Below are positions 1 to 11,780 of a DNA stretch of 64,000 nt, piece by piece. This DNA comes from Trypanosoma brucei (taxonomy: Eukaryota). The position numbers and the translations under genes were made by a program. Numbering within the stretch: position 1 is the stretch's first letter; each line of letters begins with the position of its first letter. Location: NCBI GenBank assembly GCA_000002445.1, contig CP000070.1:1632001-1696000 (forward strand). Direction: 5' to 3'. Below the pieces are notes generated by a model, which was given only the letters and a program-made list of their open reading frames with translations, had not been told where the DNA came from and searched no databases.

Positions 1-1332
1 CAACCTAACGGAATACCCTTCGGCTGCGGGGGCGATGCGGCTACCGCACACAAAGCCAATTACATGAGCATGATCTATGGACAATATTGCAATGCACAAC
101 AATATTTTTACTGCACTTTCGGTTCCAACCAGTTGTCTCCCGAAGTTCATCGCTGAAAGCTCTGGGTTGAACACAACATACCTCACCTATAACTTCTTAT
201 TCAATTAATCAAGAAGCCGTCTACTAATAACCCTCTTCATCTACCCCGCACATCGCGCTCATCAATGATACCGGAATAACATCACGTCAACACGTGATTT
301 GTTGGCCCAAGAAAGGGTATGATAATGTTATGCTTCTTCGCTGCAGGCATTACTCAAAAAAGCTTCAGTAAACATCACGACCCATCACACTTTCACCGCT
401 TTCGCTGCCCTCAGTATACTGCTCTCATCCACCACATATTCACCTAGAGGCCCTCACACGGTGACCGTTGGCCCCGCTATCTAAACCGATTTGTGTGCCA
501 TATCCCTCATTCCTAGTGCCTTCACCATTGGTGTCTACATTACTGGTGTTGTCAATCCCGTTAGATTCGTCTCCACCTGTACCCACAGCCGTTGTCCCCC
601 GATCGGTACTCAGCAACGGACTGCAAGCACTGAGGTTAGCAGAAACATCAAATACAATCTACCCACAATTACTATCCAACATATGACTGGCTTCACATCA
701 GTGAAAACAGTGACAAACTATGATATCACATTGGGCGACTAACAGAATCAGAGGGTGAAAACGAAATGAAGAAATCAATCGAAACATGGAAGTTAACACC
801 TAAGCAGAGGAACTTAGAGCCTACAATAAACAGAGAATCCCACAACACACACCCCAACAAACAGGCAAAACAGTAATGGGGCACACGGAAAAGAAACGAA
901 GCAACCTGCACGATATTAGGTGACAACAATCCAATAAGCCAACAGTGCTTCGGATCGTATACTGCCCACCCACACATACAAACACTCCTGGACTAACGAG
1001 AGGGAAAGGTAAGTGACCGGGAGCTGTTTGCCGGGCATGTGACATTAACGAAACGCACTGTTAGTCAGTAGTGTCGGTTTACAACAAGAGGGTAGCAGTA
1101 TATCAATGATGAAAGAAAATATTAAGTAAAGTTCAGGGAGAAATTCGTGTTAACTATCAATGCGTGAAACGCAACACGAAAATGAAAGCAAGCTACGCTG
1201 AGGTAACAATAATCTACATGGACATCAAAGAAAAAACATAAGTGTAAGATGGCACGCACCCGCACATGCATTGTAAGAAGTAACATCTTCCAAGTACATT
1301 GCCGCGAGCTGCCTCAGCAACATCAGGAGAGG

Positions 1333-4300
1333 CTAGAGGTCACCCTTCAGCGACGTAACCTCTACTGTGCTCCGCCGTGACAGGGCCTCAGACGCATCGG
1401 AGCTTGCTACAATACCAACCGACGCCAAATCACCGTTATCGCCAGGGTAATTGGATCTTGATAGCAAAGGCGAACGCAAATTTGCAATTCCAGCCAACGA
1501 AGGTTGGAGCACACACACACTGTCAGAAGTAGTTGACAAGTCCATGGAGGTACGTTTCCCCTTATGGTCTGTTATGTGGCCAACTTTCGCCGCTATACGG
1601 TGAACCGTGTCCCGGCAGTAGGCCTCAGACCATCCGCTGTTCTTGCGCAACAATGACACACGCCACCGTTCGCACAGAGGTAACAGCAGATTCTGCCGCT
1701 GGGCTGGTGCGAACACACCGAGCAGCGAATTCAGAGACGTTGCAACCTGCCTGGCAGAATCAGTTAACCCAGCACAAAGCGAACTCACCTCACTCAACGA
1801 GGGGCTCGAACCCTCATCGTCCAATCCAGGGCCATCGCGGTCCAGCCTCAGTGCAGCAAAAGTGCGACCGGGAATTGGGTTCAGCTGGTACATCTCCACA
1901 GGATTGGGAACACCGCGTAACGTTACAGGGCCCAGTGCAGTTACATCAAACTGCTCACGCTCTACCACACTCAGCGACATGTAGGTCGCACGTGTCATCA
2001 GCACTTGCCCGCCGTTCGCAACACTCTCTGTCCTTGCTGCCATATTCGCTGTCCGTCCATAGTAGTCATATCCCTTCGTCACCTCATCGTACCGGATGTC
2101 GCACAGTCCAGTGTGGATCCCAACACGCACACGCAGGCCACGCCATAGTCGGCCGTACACCTCACGGTCCAGATGTGCCGTCGGCGGAGTGTACCCTTCC
2201 TCTTCCTCGGCGCGCTGCAGTTCAAACTCACGGTATGACTCATCCAACGCAGCTGTCCCCCAATTGTGGTGCAAAAAGTTATGCTGCAAGTCACAAGCTA
2301 GACGCACAGCCGCAGAGGGGCTCCGGCACGCAATCATGAAGGAGTCCCCGACAGTCTTCACCTCGTAGCACCTGTAGTGCATAATCAACGCACGAATTAG
2401 CCGATGATGTGTCGCTACAGCGTCCGGCATCATCTCTGGGTGCGCCGCCCACTGTGCAGTACTGCTTTCGATATCTGTGAAGATGAGCGTCACGGGATCC
2501 GTTGGTTCCTTCGGTGCATTTGCGTTATCACGCGCATCCGCAAAATACCGACACAATACGACAACGATCACCACTACTAGAAGCAAAAAAAACAAAACGG
2601 CGCCCACACAAACACCAATCAACCGTGCCCCCGTCAGTCTCCCAGCGTCACGGTCCTCATACTGCAGCAGTTGAGAGATTGGTTCGGCAATCGGTGGGAC
2701 CGACGGATCCAGTGCACGTGCCATTGACCACACAGCAATACCTGTCGCACCGTAGTTTGTCACGCAGTCATTCCACAGACCCACCTCCACCTTGCCGCAT
2801 CCCTCTGTGCCATACGGGCCGTAGCGCATGTCATCAGCTCGCAAATAAGTCTCCGAAAAAAAGAGATTCGACAGAGTATCTGCGTCCACCTTCTTTAATT
2901 GCGGGAGAACCGTCCGCAGCAAGTTTCCGGCAGCAAACCCCATTAACGACAGTGGTGTCCACTTCGACTTATCCTTCATAGCATTGTGAAACTTTTTCAC
3001 AGTATCCGACGACGGGTTCGCATCAGCCCAGTGTGGAAGGTTTGTCGCGAACAGCAAACGGTTACTACTCGAGCTTCCAGGACCCTTATCCCTAAACACA
3101 CGGACAAACGTCTGGTAGTATAATGCCACCTCAGTAAAAGGGACGTAAACGAATAGCTTGGGGTTGGCGCTGAGGTGCTTCGCAATCACCTCGACGTCGT
3201 CCTGTTTGAGGCCTATGACAAACACGTCACCCTCGCGGGGAAGATAGCCTGTGACAGAGACGCTGGTTGTCAGTCTCACAGAACTATTGAGACCTCCTTC
3301 AAACCGCTGCAACACCAAATGTAAAAATCGATTAATATAATATGACTCGGAGCTGCTGATGACAGAGTGCACCCCTATTGAGCCCTTCTCTCCCAAATAC
3401 TTGGCGATCACAAACAGTTGCTGCTCCAGTGTGGCAGAGAGGTATATCACACGTTTGTTAGGTGTTCGGAGGCGAGGAACAAGAAGCACCGGATCAACAA
3501 CAACGAAGGTCGATGTGCTCAGTAACGCTTCATCCGTAACGCCCATGACAGCGGTCACAAGCTTTTCCTCCTCCTCACGTTTTAAACGCTTCCAAATGGT
3601 GCCTGAGCTTGTGTTGATCCTGTGCAAGAAGAATCTATCGTAATCTCCGAGATCCCCAGTGCCCACAAGGAGACTCGCACCTCCATGCCACTCCTCGGCC
3701 GCGTTCAGTGACAATTGACTGTTATCCATAAACGTGGCAACAGCTGCCAGCGGGGCATGAAGCCGGGACCCGTCCGTATCGCATCGAGATGTTCCCAACG
3801 CCATGAAACCACTCTTTACACTCTCCAGCCGAAAGCCCTCCACGAGCCTTTTCATGTATACTGCCTTACCACCCTGGTTACATTGACACGAAGCACCTAG
3901 TGCAGCGACATTATCGGGGCAATCACCACCATAATCTCCATACACAAGATCATCAATTACGTAACGCCGTTGATTGTACAGAGACTTTTTGAACGTTGAA
4001 CGGTTCTTCAGCCACTCACGGGAGCTCAGCGCCCGCGACAGCATTTCACCGATAATCCACCCATACACCATCAGCTCACCATCATCATCATCCGTCAGAT
4101 GACGATCAGACCTACCATAAAGTGATGCTCCGGAATGAGAAGCAAGGTACGCTTTCATCTCCTTCTGAAAACGTTGGATCGCTTGATACTCATTATCCTT
4201 GGCGAGTGGGTTCGTTCCCGTGGTGATCACCTGGCCATCAAAGTTACGAAACCCCTCATAATATTTCTTTTTAAATGTTTCGACAACAAAATACTGTATT

Positions 4301-5142
4301 GGGAACGGAGAAAGTACATAAGCACCAGATGTACGCTCGTCCTCTAGAAATTTCAGTAGAGCCTTTTTACCGTCAACGATCGGTAATGCGAACAGTATAA
4401 CAGCCTGCGGATTCGTTGCCGCAAACTGATCCCACTCCCTTTGAAAATCCTTTTCATTGGCTGCCTTTGCTATCGAGCTTTTCAGAGCGAATGTGCCACA
4501 AAGCCCATAGCCCATCCTAGCCATCGCCTGAACCACAAGTTGGTACTCAGTGTCACCGAATGATACGCCTTTTAAATACATAAATCCCAGACGCCGTACA
4601 CGCAGATGGGCAAGGGCATAACGCAGGAGGGCTAATGTCTCAGCGAGTGGATCCACCGAGATAAAGTACAAGTTGGGCCGCCACCCTCTAACCGCACCAG
4701 AGCCTGTGAACGGAGCGAAACCGATAACCTCATTTTTCGTCAGTAAATCGAGTGACATCAGAACACTTGTGTCACCAACCGGTCCTAACACAACAAGAAT
4801 CTTCTTTAGGTCACTGAATTCTTTTAATTTTTGTTGTAACGCCATGATTGCCGACTCATTATTTGAAGAAAGGTGGGTAAGCCTCACAAACTCAGCTATA
4901 CTTCCCTCATTTCTGCGCGCAGCGAAGGAGGCATTAAGACCGGCATTTCCAGCTATAATCGTCTTAATAGAACTGTAACGATTATAAAGAAGGGAAAATA
5001 CCTCCACATTTATTTCTTCTTCAGCATTATCGCATAACACCATGGGTGCTTGCATAACCTGCAGTATCACCGCAAGCAGAAACAGTTGCACCACAGTGCC
5101 ACACGGGACGCCACGAGGTCCCCAAACTGCTCTGTGAGGCAT
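1333..5142 (-). CDS. GRESAG4: Receptor-type adenylate cyclase, GRESAG4/ESAG4-like, 1269 aa, copy 1
   Basis: Real ATG at 5140-5142. N-terminal signal-peptide-like hydrophobic stretch VVQLFLLAVILQVMQA. Large extracellular region. Single transmembrane helix LIGVCVGAVLFFLLLVVVIVVVLCRYF, coded near 2553-2633. Class III cyclase catalytic motifs follow: VTLIFTDIESSTAQW, KTVGDSFM, YDYYGRTANMAARTES. This architecture is typical of trypanosome receptor adenylate cyclases. Confidence 0.9.
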   Translation of the reverse strand: MPHRAVWGPRGVPCGTVVQLFLLAVILQVMQAPMVLCDNAEEEINVEVFSLLYNRYSSIKTIIAGNAGLNASFAARRNEGSIAEFVRLTHLSSNNESAIMALQQKLKEFSDLKKILVVLGPVGDTSVLMSLDLLTKNEVIGFAPFTGSGAVRGWRPNLYFISVDPLAETLALLRYALAHLRVRRLGFMYLKGVSFGDTEYQLVVQAMARMGYGLCGTFALKSSIAKAANEKDFQREWDQFAATNPQAVILFALPIVDGKKALLKFLEDERTSGAYVLSPFPIQYFVVETFKKKYYEGFRNFDGQVITTGTNPLAKDNEYQAIQRFQKEMKAYLASHSGASLYGRSDRHLTDDDDGELMVYGWIIGEMLSRALSSREWLKNRSTFKKSLYNQRRYVIDDLVYGDYGGDCPDNVAALGASCQCNQGGKAVYMKRLVEGFRLESVKSGFMALGTSRCDTDGSRLHAPLAAVATFMDNSQLSLNAAEEWHGGASLLVGTGDLGDYDRFFLHRINTSSGTIWKRLKREEEEKLVTAVMGVTDEALLSTSTFVVVDPVLLVPRLRTPNKRVIYLSATLEQQLFVIAKYLGEKGSIGVHSVISSSESYYINRFLHLVLQRFEGGLNSSVRLTTSVSVTGYLPREGDVFVIGLKQDDVEVIAKHLSANPKLFVYVPFTEVALYYQTFVRVFRDKGPGSSSSNRLLFATNLPHWADANPSSDTVKKFHNAMKDKSKWTPLSLMGFAAGNLLRTVLPQLKKVDADTLSNLFFSETYLRADDMRYGPYGTEGCGKVEVGLWNDCVTNYGATGIAVWSMARALDPSVPPIAEPISQLLQYEDRDAGRLTGARLIGVCVGAVLFFLLLVVVIVVVLCRYFADARDNANAPKEPTDPVTLIFTDIESSTAQWAAHPEMMPDAVATHHRLIRALIMHYRCYEVKTVGDSFMIACRSPSAAVRLACDLQHNFLHHNWGTAALDESYREFELQRAEEEEGYTPPTAHLDREVYGRLWRGLRVRVGIHTGLCDIRYDEVTKGYDYYGRTANMAARTESVANGGQVLMTRATYMSLSVVEREQFDVTALGPVTLRGVPNPVEMYQLNPIPGRTFAALRLDRDGPGLDDEGSSPSLSEVSSLCAGLTDSARQVATSLNSLLGVFAPAQRQNLLLPLCERWRVSLLRKNSGWSEAYCRDTVHRIAAKVGHITDHKGKRTSMDLSTTSDSVCVLQPSLAGIANLRSPLLSRSNYPGDNGDLASVGIVASSDASEALSRRSTVEVTSLKGDL

Positions 5143-5149
5143 ACCACGC

Positions 5150-5220
5150 GAGCTTAAGCCGCAGACGCAGATACCTTAGTTAACAAGGGAGTAAAATAAA
5201 ATTGGGAGGAAAAACAATTA
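5150..5220 (-). promoter_or_regulatory. Polypyrimidine tract plus AG trans-splice acceptor candidates upstream of adenylate cyclase copy 1
   Basis: The minus strand reads ttgtttttcctcccaattttattttactcccttgttaactaAGgtatctgcgtctgcggcttaAGctcgcgtggtATG. This is the polyY/AG arrangement expected for kinetoplastid spliced-leader addition. Confidence 0.4.
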
Positions 5221-7889
5221 AAGGCTACTTTGTTCCACAGTGTTCGAGCAACAGCAATGCACACGAAAGCAAAAGGAAGGGAGGATAGCATGGCACCAGT
5301 ATGGAGTATGCCAAATGAAGAGATTCACGCCAACTTAGAGAATAGTAGGATATATGGCATGGTATAGTCGGAGTCAAGGGGAAAGCACAGCACGACACAG
5401 ACTCGACGCCACACGTCACTCAGCTTGCTAGCACCCTTACACGAAAAGGTCGCCTTACCTGCACCATCCGGTATAATGACTGGCACACCAAATGATGCTT
5501 TCAGTTTTACCGCGCCGTCTAAATCGCGTGGTGTGTGGCAGCATACCTCCAGACCTTCACCCTTCCTAATACGCTCACCTGCACTCCACCCATAGGAGAG
5601 GCGTGTACGGATAACCTCCAAGTCAGCTACAATGAATGTGTCTTGCCAGAGAAATCGCACCTATCCATATTGCCACGGCATTCACTCAGCCTATCCAACC
5701 ACTCTCTCTTAGGGCAATTTGCACAATAATACTTCTCGAGGCCCCGTGTAATATCGCGCGCTTGGTCGCCAGCCTAAGGTCGCGCTCTATTACAAGCCTG
5801 TGCCAAGTTATCAAGGGATATCAATCGAACCTCCTTCGGCACATCGCTCCTGTTAGTACCAGAGGGCACACACATACATTATGATATTGGCTCCTCGACT
5901 CAGTAGCTTCGCCATCGCATTTATGCCGGGTAGGCAGGTAGAGAACCACCGGTATTCTGTTCCGTAGCACATCTTTGCCTGCACCAGTCTGAGGAAGAAC
6001 GCCCGAAGCCGCTCCTTTCTCGCGCCCCACTGCAACGAGGATAACATGCGCGGCTTCAGCAGCCACAATCTGACAGCCGCCGCCTTACCTTCAACACGTT
6101 TCGGAGATGACCCCCACAGGTTACAAACTGAGGCCTGGTAGTTTCGGTCTCCTCATCTTCCTTACCTTCGTTTCAGACACTGTGAAACTCAGTGAGCCTC
6201 GCACCAACACATCGTACAATGTGTATCCTCTCTGTTCGTCTGCCGACCCGCGCGAAGCAGCCCTTCGACTGTCGACTAACGAGACCCCACCCATCATAAA
6301 GAATCCAACGAAACTGAGAGATATCCGCCTTCCAGCAAAGTATCGGCATATCCTCCGCAAAGCGGTAGTACTGGATGCCTGACATTCTATTCAAAGACTT
6401 GCTTGGTCGACCCGTTGTCATTATGAACAGAATAGGAACTAACACAGGACTATGTACTACACCACATGTTAGTCCAGCACTCCTAGGCCACTTGTTGGTT
6501 ACCCCAACACCGCCTGTTCGGTTGGACACAAACCTACTGATCTACCTTGTGACGTGCAACCTAACGGAATACCCTTCGACTGCGGGGGCGATGCGGCTAC
6601 CGCACACAAAGCCAATTACATGAGCATGATCTATGGACAATATTGCAATGCACAACAATATTTTTACTGCACTTTCGGCTCCAACCAGTTGTCTCCCGAA
6701 GTTCATCGCTGAAAGCTCTGGGTTGAACACAACATACCTCACCTATAACTTCTTATTCAATTAATCAAGAAGCCGTCCACTAATAACCCTCTTCATCTAC
6801 CCCGCACATCGCGCTCATCAATGATACCGGAATAACATCACGTCGACACGTGATTTGCTTGGCCCAAGAAAGGGTATGATAATGTTATGCTTCTTCGCTG
6901 CAGGCATTACTCAAAAAAGCTTCAGTAAACATCACGACCCATCACACTTTCACCGCTTTCGCTGCCCTCAGTATACTGCTCTCATCCACCACATATTCAC
7001 CTAGAGGCCCTCACACGGTGACCGTTGGCCCCGCTATCTAAACCGATTTGTGTGCCATATCCCTCATTCCTAGTGCCTTCACCATTGGTGTCTACATTAC
7101 TGGTGTTGTCAATCCCGTTAGATTCGTCTCCGCCTGTACCCACAGCCGTTGTCCCCCGATCGGTACTCAGCAACGGACTGCAAGCACTGAGGTTAGCAGA
7201 AACATCAAATACAATCTACCCACAATTACTATCCAACATATGACTGGCTTCACATCAGTGAAAACAGTGACAAACTATGATATCACATTGGGCGACTAAC
7301 AGAATCAGAGGGTGAAAACGAAATGAAGAAATCAATCGAAACATGGAAGTTAACACCTAAGCAGAGGAACTTAGAGCCTACAATAAACAGAGAATCCCAC
7401 AACACACACCCCAACAAACAGGCAAAACAGTAATGGGGCACACGGAAAAGAAACGAAGCAACCTGCACGATATTAGGTGACAACAATCCAATAAGCCAAC
7501 AGTGCTTCGGATCGTATACTGCCCACCCACACATACAAACACTCCTGGACTAACGAGAGGGAAAGGTAAGTGACCGGGAGCTGTTTGCCGGGCATGTGAC
7601 ATTAACGAAACGCACTGTTAGTCAGTAGTGTCGGTTTACAACAAGAGGGTAGCAGTATATCAATGATGAAAGAAAATATTAAGTAAAGTTCAGGGAGAAA
7701 TTCGTGTTAACTATCAATGCGTGAAACGCAACACGAAAATGAAAGCAAGCTACGCTGAGGTAACAATAATCTACATGGACATCAAAGAAAAAACATAAGT
7801 GTAAGATGGCACGCACCCGCACATGCATTGTAAGAAGTAACATCTTCCAAGTACATTGCCGCGAGCTGCCTCAGCAACATCAGGAGAGG

Positions 7890-10800
7890 CTAGAGGTCAC
7901 CCTTCATCGACGTAACCTCTACTGTGCTCCGTCGTGACAGGGCCTCAGACGCATCGGAGCTTGCTACAATACCAACCGACGCCAAATCACCGTTATCGCC
8001 AGGGTAATTGGATCTTGATAGCAAAGGCGAACGCAAATTTGCAATTCCAGCCAACGAAGGTTGGAGCACACACACACTGTCAGAAGTAGTTGACAAGTCC
8101 ATGGAGGTACGTTTCCCCTTATGGTCTGTTATGTGGCCAACTTTCGCCGCTATACGGTGAACCGTGTCCCGGCAGTAGGCCTCAGACCATCCGCTGTTCT
8201 TGCGCAACAATGACACACGCCACCGTTCGCACAGAGGTAACAGCAGATTCTGCCGCTGGGCTGGTGCGAACACACCGAGCAGCGAATCCAGAGATATGGC
8301 AACCTGCCTGGCAGAATCAGTTAACCCAGCACAAAGCGAACTCACCTCACTCAACGAGGGGCTCGAACACTCATCGTCCAATCCAGGGCCATCGCGGTCC
8401 AGCCTCAGTGCAGCAAAAGTGCGACCGGGAATTGGGTTCAGCTGGTACATCTCCACAGGATTGGGAACACCGCGTAACGTTACAGGGCCCAGTGCAGTTA
8501 CATCAAACTGCTCACGCTCTACCACACTCAGCGACATGTAGGTCGCACGTGTCATCAGCACTTGCCCGCCGTTCGCAACACTCTCTGTCCTTGCTGCCAT
8601 ATTCGCTGTCCGTCCATAGTAGTCATATCCCTTCGTCACCTCATCGTACCGGATGTCGCACAGTCCAGTGTGGATCCCAACACGCACACGCAGGCCACGC
8701 CATAGTCGGCCGTACACCTCACGGTCCAGATGTGCCGTCGGCGGAGTGTACCCTTCCTCTTCCTCGGCGCGCTGCAGTTCAAACTCACGGTATGACTCAT
8801 CCAACGCAGCTGTCCCCCAATTGTGGTGCAAAAAGTTATGCTGCAAGTCACAAGCTAGACGCACAGCCGCAGAGGGGCTCCGGCACGCAATCATGAAGGA
8901 GTCCCCGACAGTCTTCACCTCGTAGCACCTGTAGTGCATAATCAACGCACGAATTAGCCGATGATGTGTCGCTACAGCGTCCGGCATCATCTCTGGGTGC
9001 GCCGCCCACTGTGCAGTACTGCTTTCGATATCTGTGAAGATGAGCGTCACGGGATCCGTTGGTTCCTTCGGTGCATTTGCGTTATCACGCGCATCCGCAA
9101 AATACCGACACAATACGACAACGATCACCACTACTAGAAGCAAAAAAAACAAAACGGCGCCCACACAAACACCAATCAACCGTGCCCCCGTCAGTCTCCC
9201 AGCGTCACGGTCCTCATACTGCAGCAGTTGAGAGATTGGTTCGGCAATCGGTGGGACCGACGGATCCAGTGCACGTGCCATTGACCACACAGCAATACCT
9301 GTCGCACCGTAGTTTGTCACGCAGTCATTCCACAGACCCACCTCCACCTTGCCGCATCCCTCTGTGCCATACGGGCCGTAGCGCATGTCATCAGCTCGCA
9401 AATAAGTCTCCGAAAAAAAGAGATTCGACAGAGTATCTGCGTCCACCTTCTTTAATTGCGGGAGAACCGTCCGCAGCAAGTTTCCGGCAGCAAACCCCAT
9501 TAACGACAGTGGTGTCCACTTCGACTTATCCTTCATAGCATTGTGAAACTTTTTCACAGTATCCGACGACGGGTTCCCATCAGCCCAGTGTGGAAGGTTT
9601 GTCGCGAACAGCAAACGGTTACTACTCGAGCTTCCAGGACCCTTATCCCTAAACACACGGACAAACGTCTGGTAGTATAATGCCACCTCAGTAAAAGGGA
9701 CGTAAACGAATAGCTTGGGGTTGGCGCTGAGGTGCTTCGCAATCACCTCGACGTCGTCCTGTTTGAGGCCTATGACAAACACGTCACCCTCGCGGGGAAG
9801 ATAGCCTGTGACAGAGACTGTCGCATTCAGTATTACCAAAGACTGAGGTTCCTGATAAAACCGAACCAGCGACATATTAACCACCTTTTCAATTCTATTT
9901 GATTCGGAGCTGCTGATGACAGAGTGCACCCCTATTGAGCCCTTCTCTCCCAAATACTTGGCGATCACAAACAGTTGCTGCTCCAGTGTGGCAGAGAGGT
10001 ATATCACACGTTTGTTAGGTGTTCGGAGGCGAGGAACAAGAAGCACCGGATCAACAACAACGAAGGTCGATGTGCTCAGTAACGCTTCATCCGTAACGCC
10101 CATGACAGCGGTCACAAGCTTTTCCTCCTCCTCACGTTTTAAACGCTTCCAAATGGTGCCTGAGCTTGTGTTGATCCTGTGCAAGAAGAATCTATCGTAA
10201 TCTCCGAGATCCCCAGTGCCCACAAGGAGACTCGCACCTCCATGCCACTCCTCGGCCGCGTTCAGTGACAATTGACTGTTATCCATAAACGTGGCAACAG
10301 CTGCCAGCGGGGCATGAAGCCGGGACCCGTCCGTATCGCATCGAGATGTTCCCAACGCCATGAAACCACTCTTTACACTCTCCAGCCGAAAGCCCTCCAC
10401 GAGCCTTTTCATGTATACTGCCTTACCACCCTGGTTACATTGACACGAAGCACCTAGTGCAGCGACATTATCGGGGCAATCACCACCATAATCTCCATAC
10501 ACAAGATCATCAATTACGTAACGCCGTTGATTGTACAGAGACTTTTTGAACGTTGAACGGTTCTTCAGCCACTCACGGGAGCTCAGCGCCCGCGACAGCA
10601 TTTCACCGATAATCCACCCATACACCATCAGCTCACCATCATCATCATCATCCGTCAGATGACGATCAGACCTACCATAAAGTGATGCTCCGGAATGAGA
10701 AGCAAGGTACGCTTTCATCTCCTTCTGAAAACGTTGGATCGCTTGATACTCATTATCCTTGGCGAGTGGGTTCGTTCCCGTGGTGATCACTTCCCCATGA

Positions 10801-11702
10801 GAATATCCACCACCCCGACCATATGTAGCATTTAAGGTTTCGACAACAAAATACTGTAGCGCAAAGGGAGAAAGTATACACGCACCAGATGTACGCTTGT
10901 CCTCTAGAAATTTCAGTAGAGCCTTTTTACCGTCATCTACGGGATACACGTACAGTATAACAGCCTGCGGATTCGTTGCCGCAAACTGATCCCACTCCCT
11001 TTGAAAATCTTCGCTGCTTGCAGATGCTTCCGTCGAGCTTTTCAGAGCGAATGTGCCACAAAGCCCATAGCCCATCCTAGCCATCGCCTGAACCACAAGT
11101 TGGTACTCAGTGTCACCGAATGATACGCCTTTTAAATACATAAATCCCAGACGCCGTACACGCAGATGGGCAAGGGCATAACGCAGGAGGGCTAATGTCT
11201 CAGCGAGTGGATCCACCGAGATAAAGTACAAGTTGGGCCGCCACCCTCTAACCGCACCAGAGCCTGTGTACGGAGCGAAACCGATAACCTCATTTTTCGT
11301 CAGTAAATCGAGTGATTCCAAAACAGTTTTGTCACCAAGGGGTCCCAACACAACAAGAATCTTCTCAGCGTCACTGAATCCTTTTAATTTTTGTTCTAAT
11401 GCCTCATTGACATTTTGCTCGGAAGTGGCAGGCGCAGAGAAACTAACAGTCACTCCGGTTCCCGTTATATTCCCACGGGCGTGAAATGAAGCAAGCACAC
11501 CAGTATTAAGAGCCTTTACGGTGCCGTTGGATACAACACTTTCAGGCGGGGGCGAAAACACCTCCACAGTTACACTCCCCCTCCAATTCCACGACAATAC
11601 CATGGGTGCTTGCATAACCTGCAGTATCACCGCAAGCAGAAACAGTTGCACCACAGTGCCACACGGGACGCCACGAGGTCCCCAAACTGCTCTGTGAGGC
11701 AT
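7890..11702 (-). CDS. GRESAG4: Receptor-type adenylate cyclase, GRESAG4-like, 1270 aa, copy 2
   Basis: Same architecture as copy 1. The extracellular domain carries the alternative allele at three mosaic patches. Confidence 0.9.
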   Translation of the reverse strand: MPHRAVWGPRGVPCGTVVQLFLLAVILQVMQAPMVLSWNWRGSVTVEVFSPPPESVVSNGTVKALNTGVLASFHARGNITGTGVTVSFSAPATSEQNVNEALEQKLKGFSDAEKILVVLGPLGDKTVLESLDLLTKNEVIGFAPYTGSGAVRGWRPNLYFISVDPLAETLALLRYALAHLRVRRLGFMYLKGVSFGDTEYQLVVQAMARMGYGLCGTFALKSSTEASASSEDFQREWDQFAATNPQAVILYVYPVDDGKKALLKFLEDKRTSGACILSPFALQYFVVETLNATYGRGGGYSHGEVITTGTNPLAKDNEYQAIQRFQKEMKAYLASHSGASLYGRSDRHLTDDDDDGELMVYGWIIGEMLSRALSSREWLKNRSTFKKSLYNQRRYVIDDLVYGDYGGDCPDNVAALGASCQCNQGGKAVYMKRLVEGFRLESVKSGFMALGTSRCDTDGSRLHAPLAAVATFMDNSQLSLNAAEEWHGGASLLVGTGDLGDYDRFFLHRINTSSGTIWKRLKREEEEKLVTAVMGVTDEALLSTSTFVVVDPVLLVPRLRTPNKRVIYLSATLEQQLFVIAKYLGEKGSIGVHSVISSSESNRIEKVVNMSLVRFYQEPQSLVILNATVSVTGYLPREGDVFVIGLKQDDVEVIAKHLSANPKLFVYVPFTEVALYYQTFVRVFRDKGPGSSSSNRLLFATNLPHWADGNPSSDTVKKFHNAMKDKSKWTPLSLMGFAAGNLLRTVLPQLKKVDADTLSNLFFSETYLRADDMRYGPYGTEGCGKVEVGLWNDCVTNYGATGIAVWSMARALDPSVPPIAEPISQLLQYEDRDAGRLTGARLIGVCVGAVLFFLLLVVVIVVVLCRYFADARDNANAPKEPTDPVTLIFTDIESSTAQWAAHPEMMPDAVATHHRLIRALIMHYRCYEVKTVGDSFMIACRSPSAAVRLACDLQHNFLHHNWGTAALDESYREFELQRAEEEEGYTPPTAHLDREVYGRLWRGLRVRVGIHTGLCDIRYDEVTKGYDYYGRTANMAARTESVANGGQVLMTRATYMSLSVVEREQFDVTALGPVTLRGVPNPVEMYQLNPIPGRTFAALRLDRDGPGLDDECSSPSLSEVSSLCAGLTDSARQVAISLDSLLGVFAPAQRQNLLLPLCERWRVSLLRKNSGWSEAYCRDTVHRIAAKVGHITDHKGKRTSMDLSTTSDSVCVLQPSLAGIANLRSPLLSRSNYPGDNGDLASVGIVASSDASEALSRRSTVEVTSMKGDL

Positions 11703-11709
11703 ACCACGC

Positions 11710-11780
11710 GAGCTTAAGCCGCAGACGCAGATACCTTAGTTAACAAGGGAGTAAAATAAAATTGGGAGGAAAAACAATTA
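11710..11780 (-). promoter_or_regulatory. Polypyrimidine tract and AG acceptor upstream of copy 2
   Basis: Same sequence as 5150-5220 within the repeat. Confidence 0.4.

Larger units (their letters stand above)
1..6556 (-). repeat. Tandem array unit 1, about 6.55 kb, holding adenylate cyclase copy 1 plus about 2.7 kb of intergenic DNA. The unit continues left of the window.
   Basis: Positions 1-1332 align base for base with 6557-7889, 13116-14447 and 19665-20996. The identical ORF sets recur with a period of about 6556 bp. Confidence 0.9.

Noticed and set aside
1533..2339. A 268 aa plus-strand ORF, and other 60-160 aa plus-strand ORFs, recurring in every adenylate cyclase unit (8090-8896, 21664-22470 and so on)
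   Set aside because: They are antisense to, and wholly inside, the strongly supported cyclase CDS. Their composition is Ser, Pro, Arg and His rich, which is typical of reverse-frame translation of GC-rich coding DNA. They recur only because the unit is duplicated.
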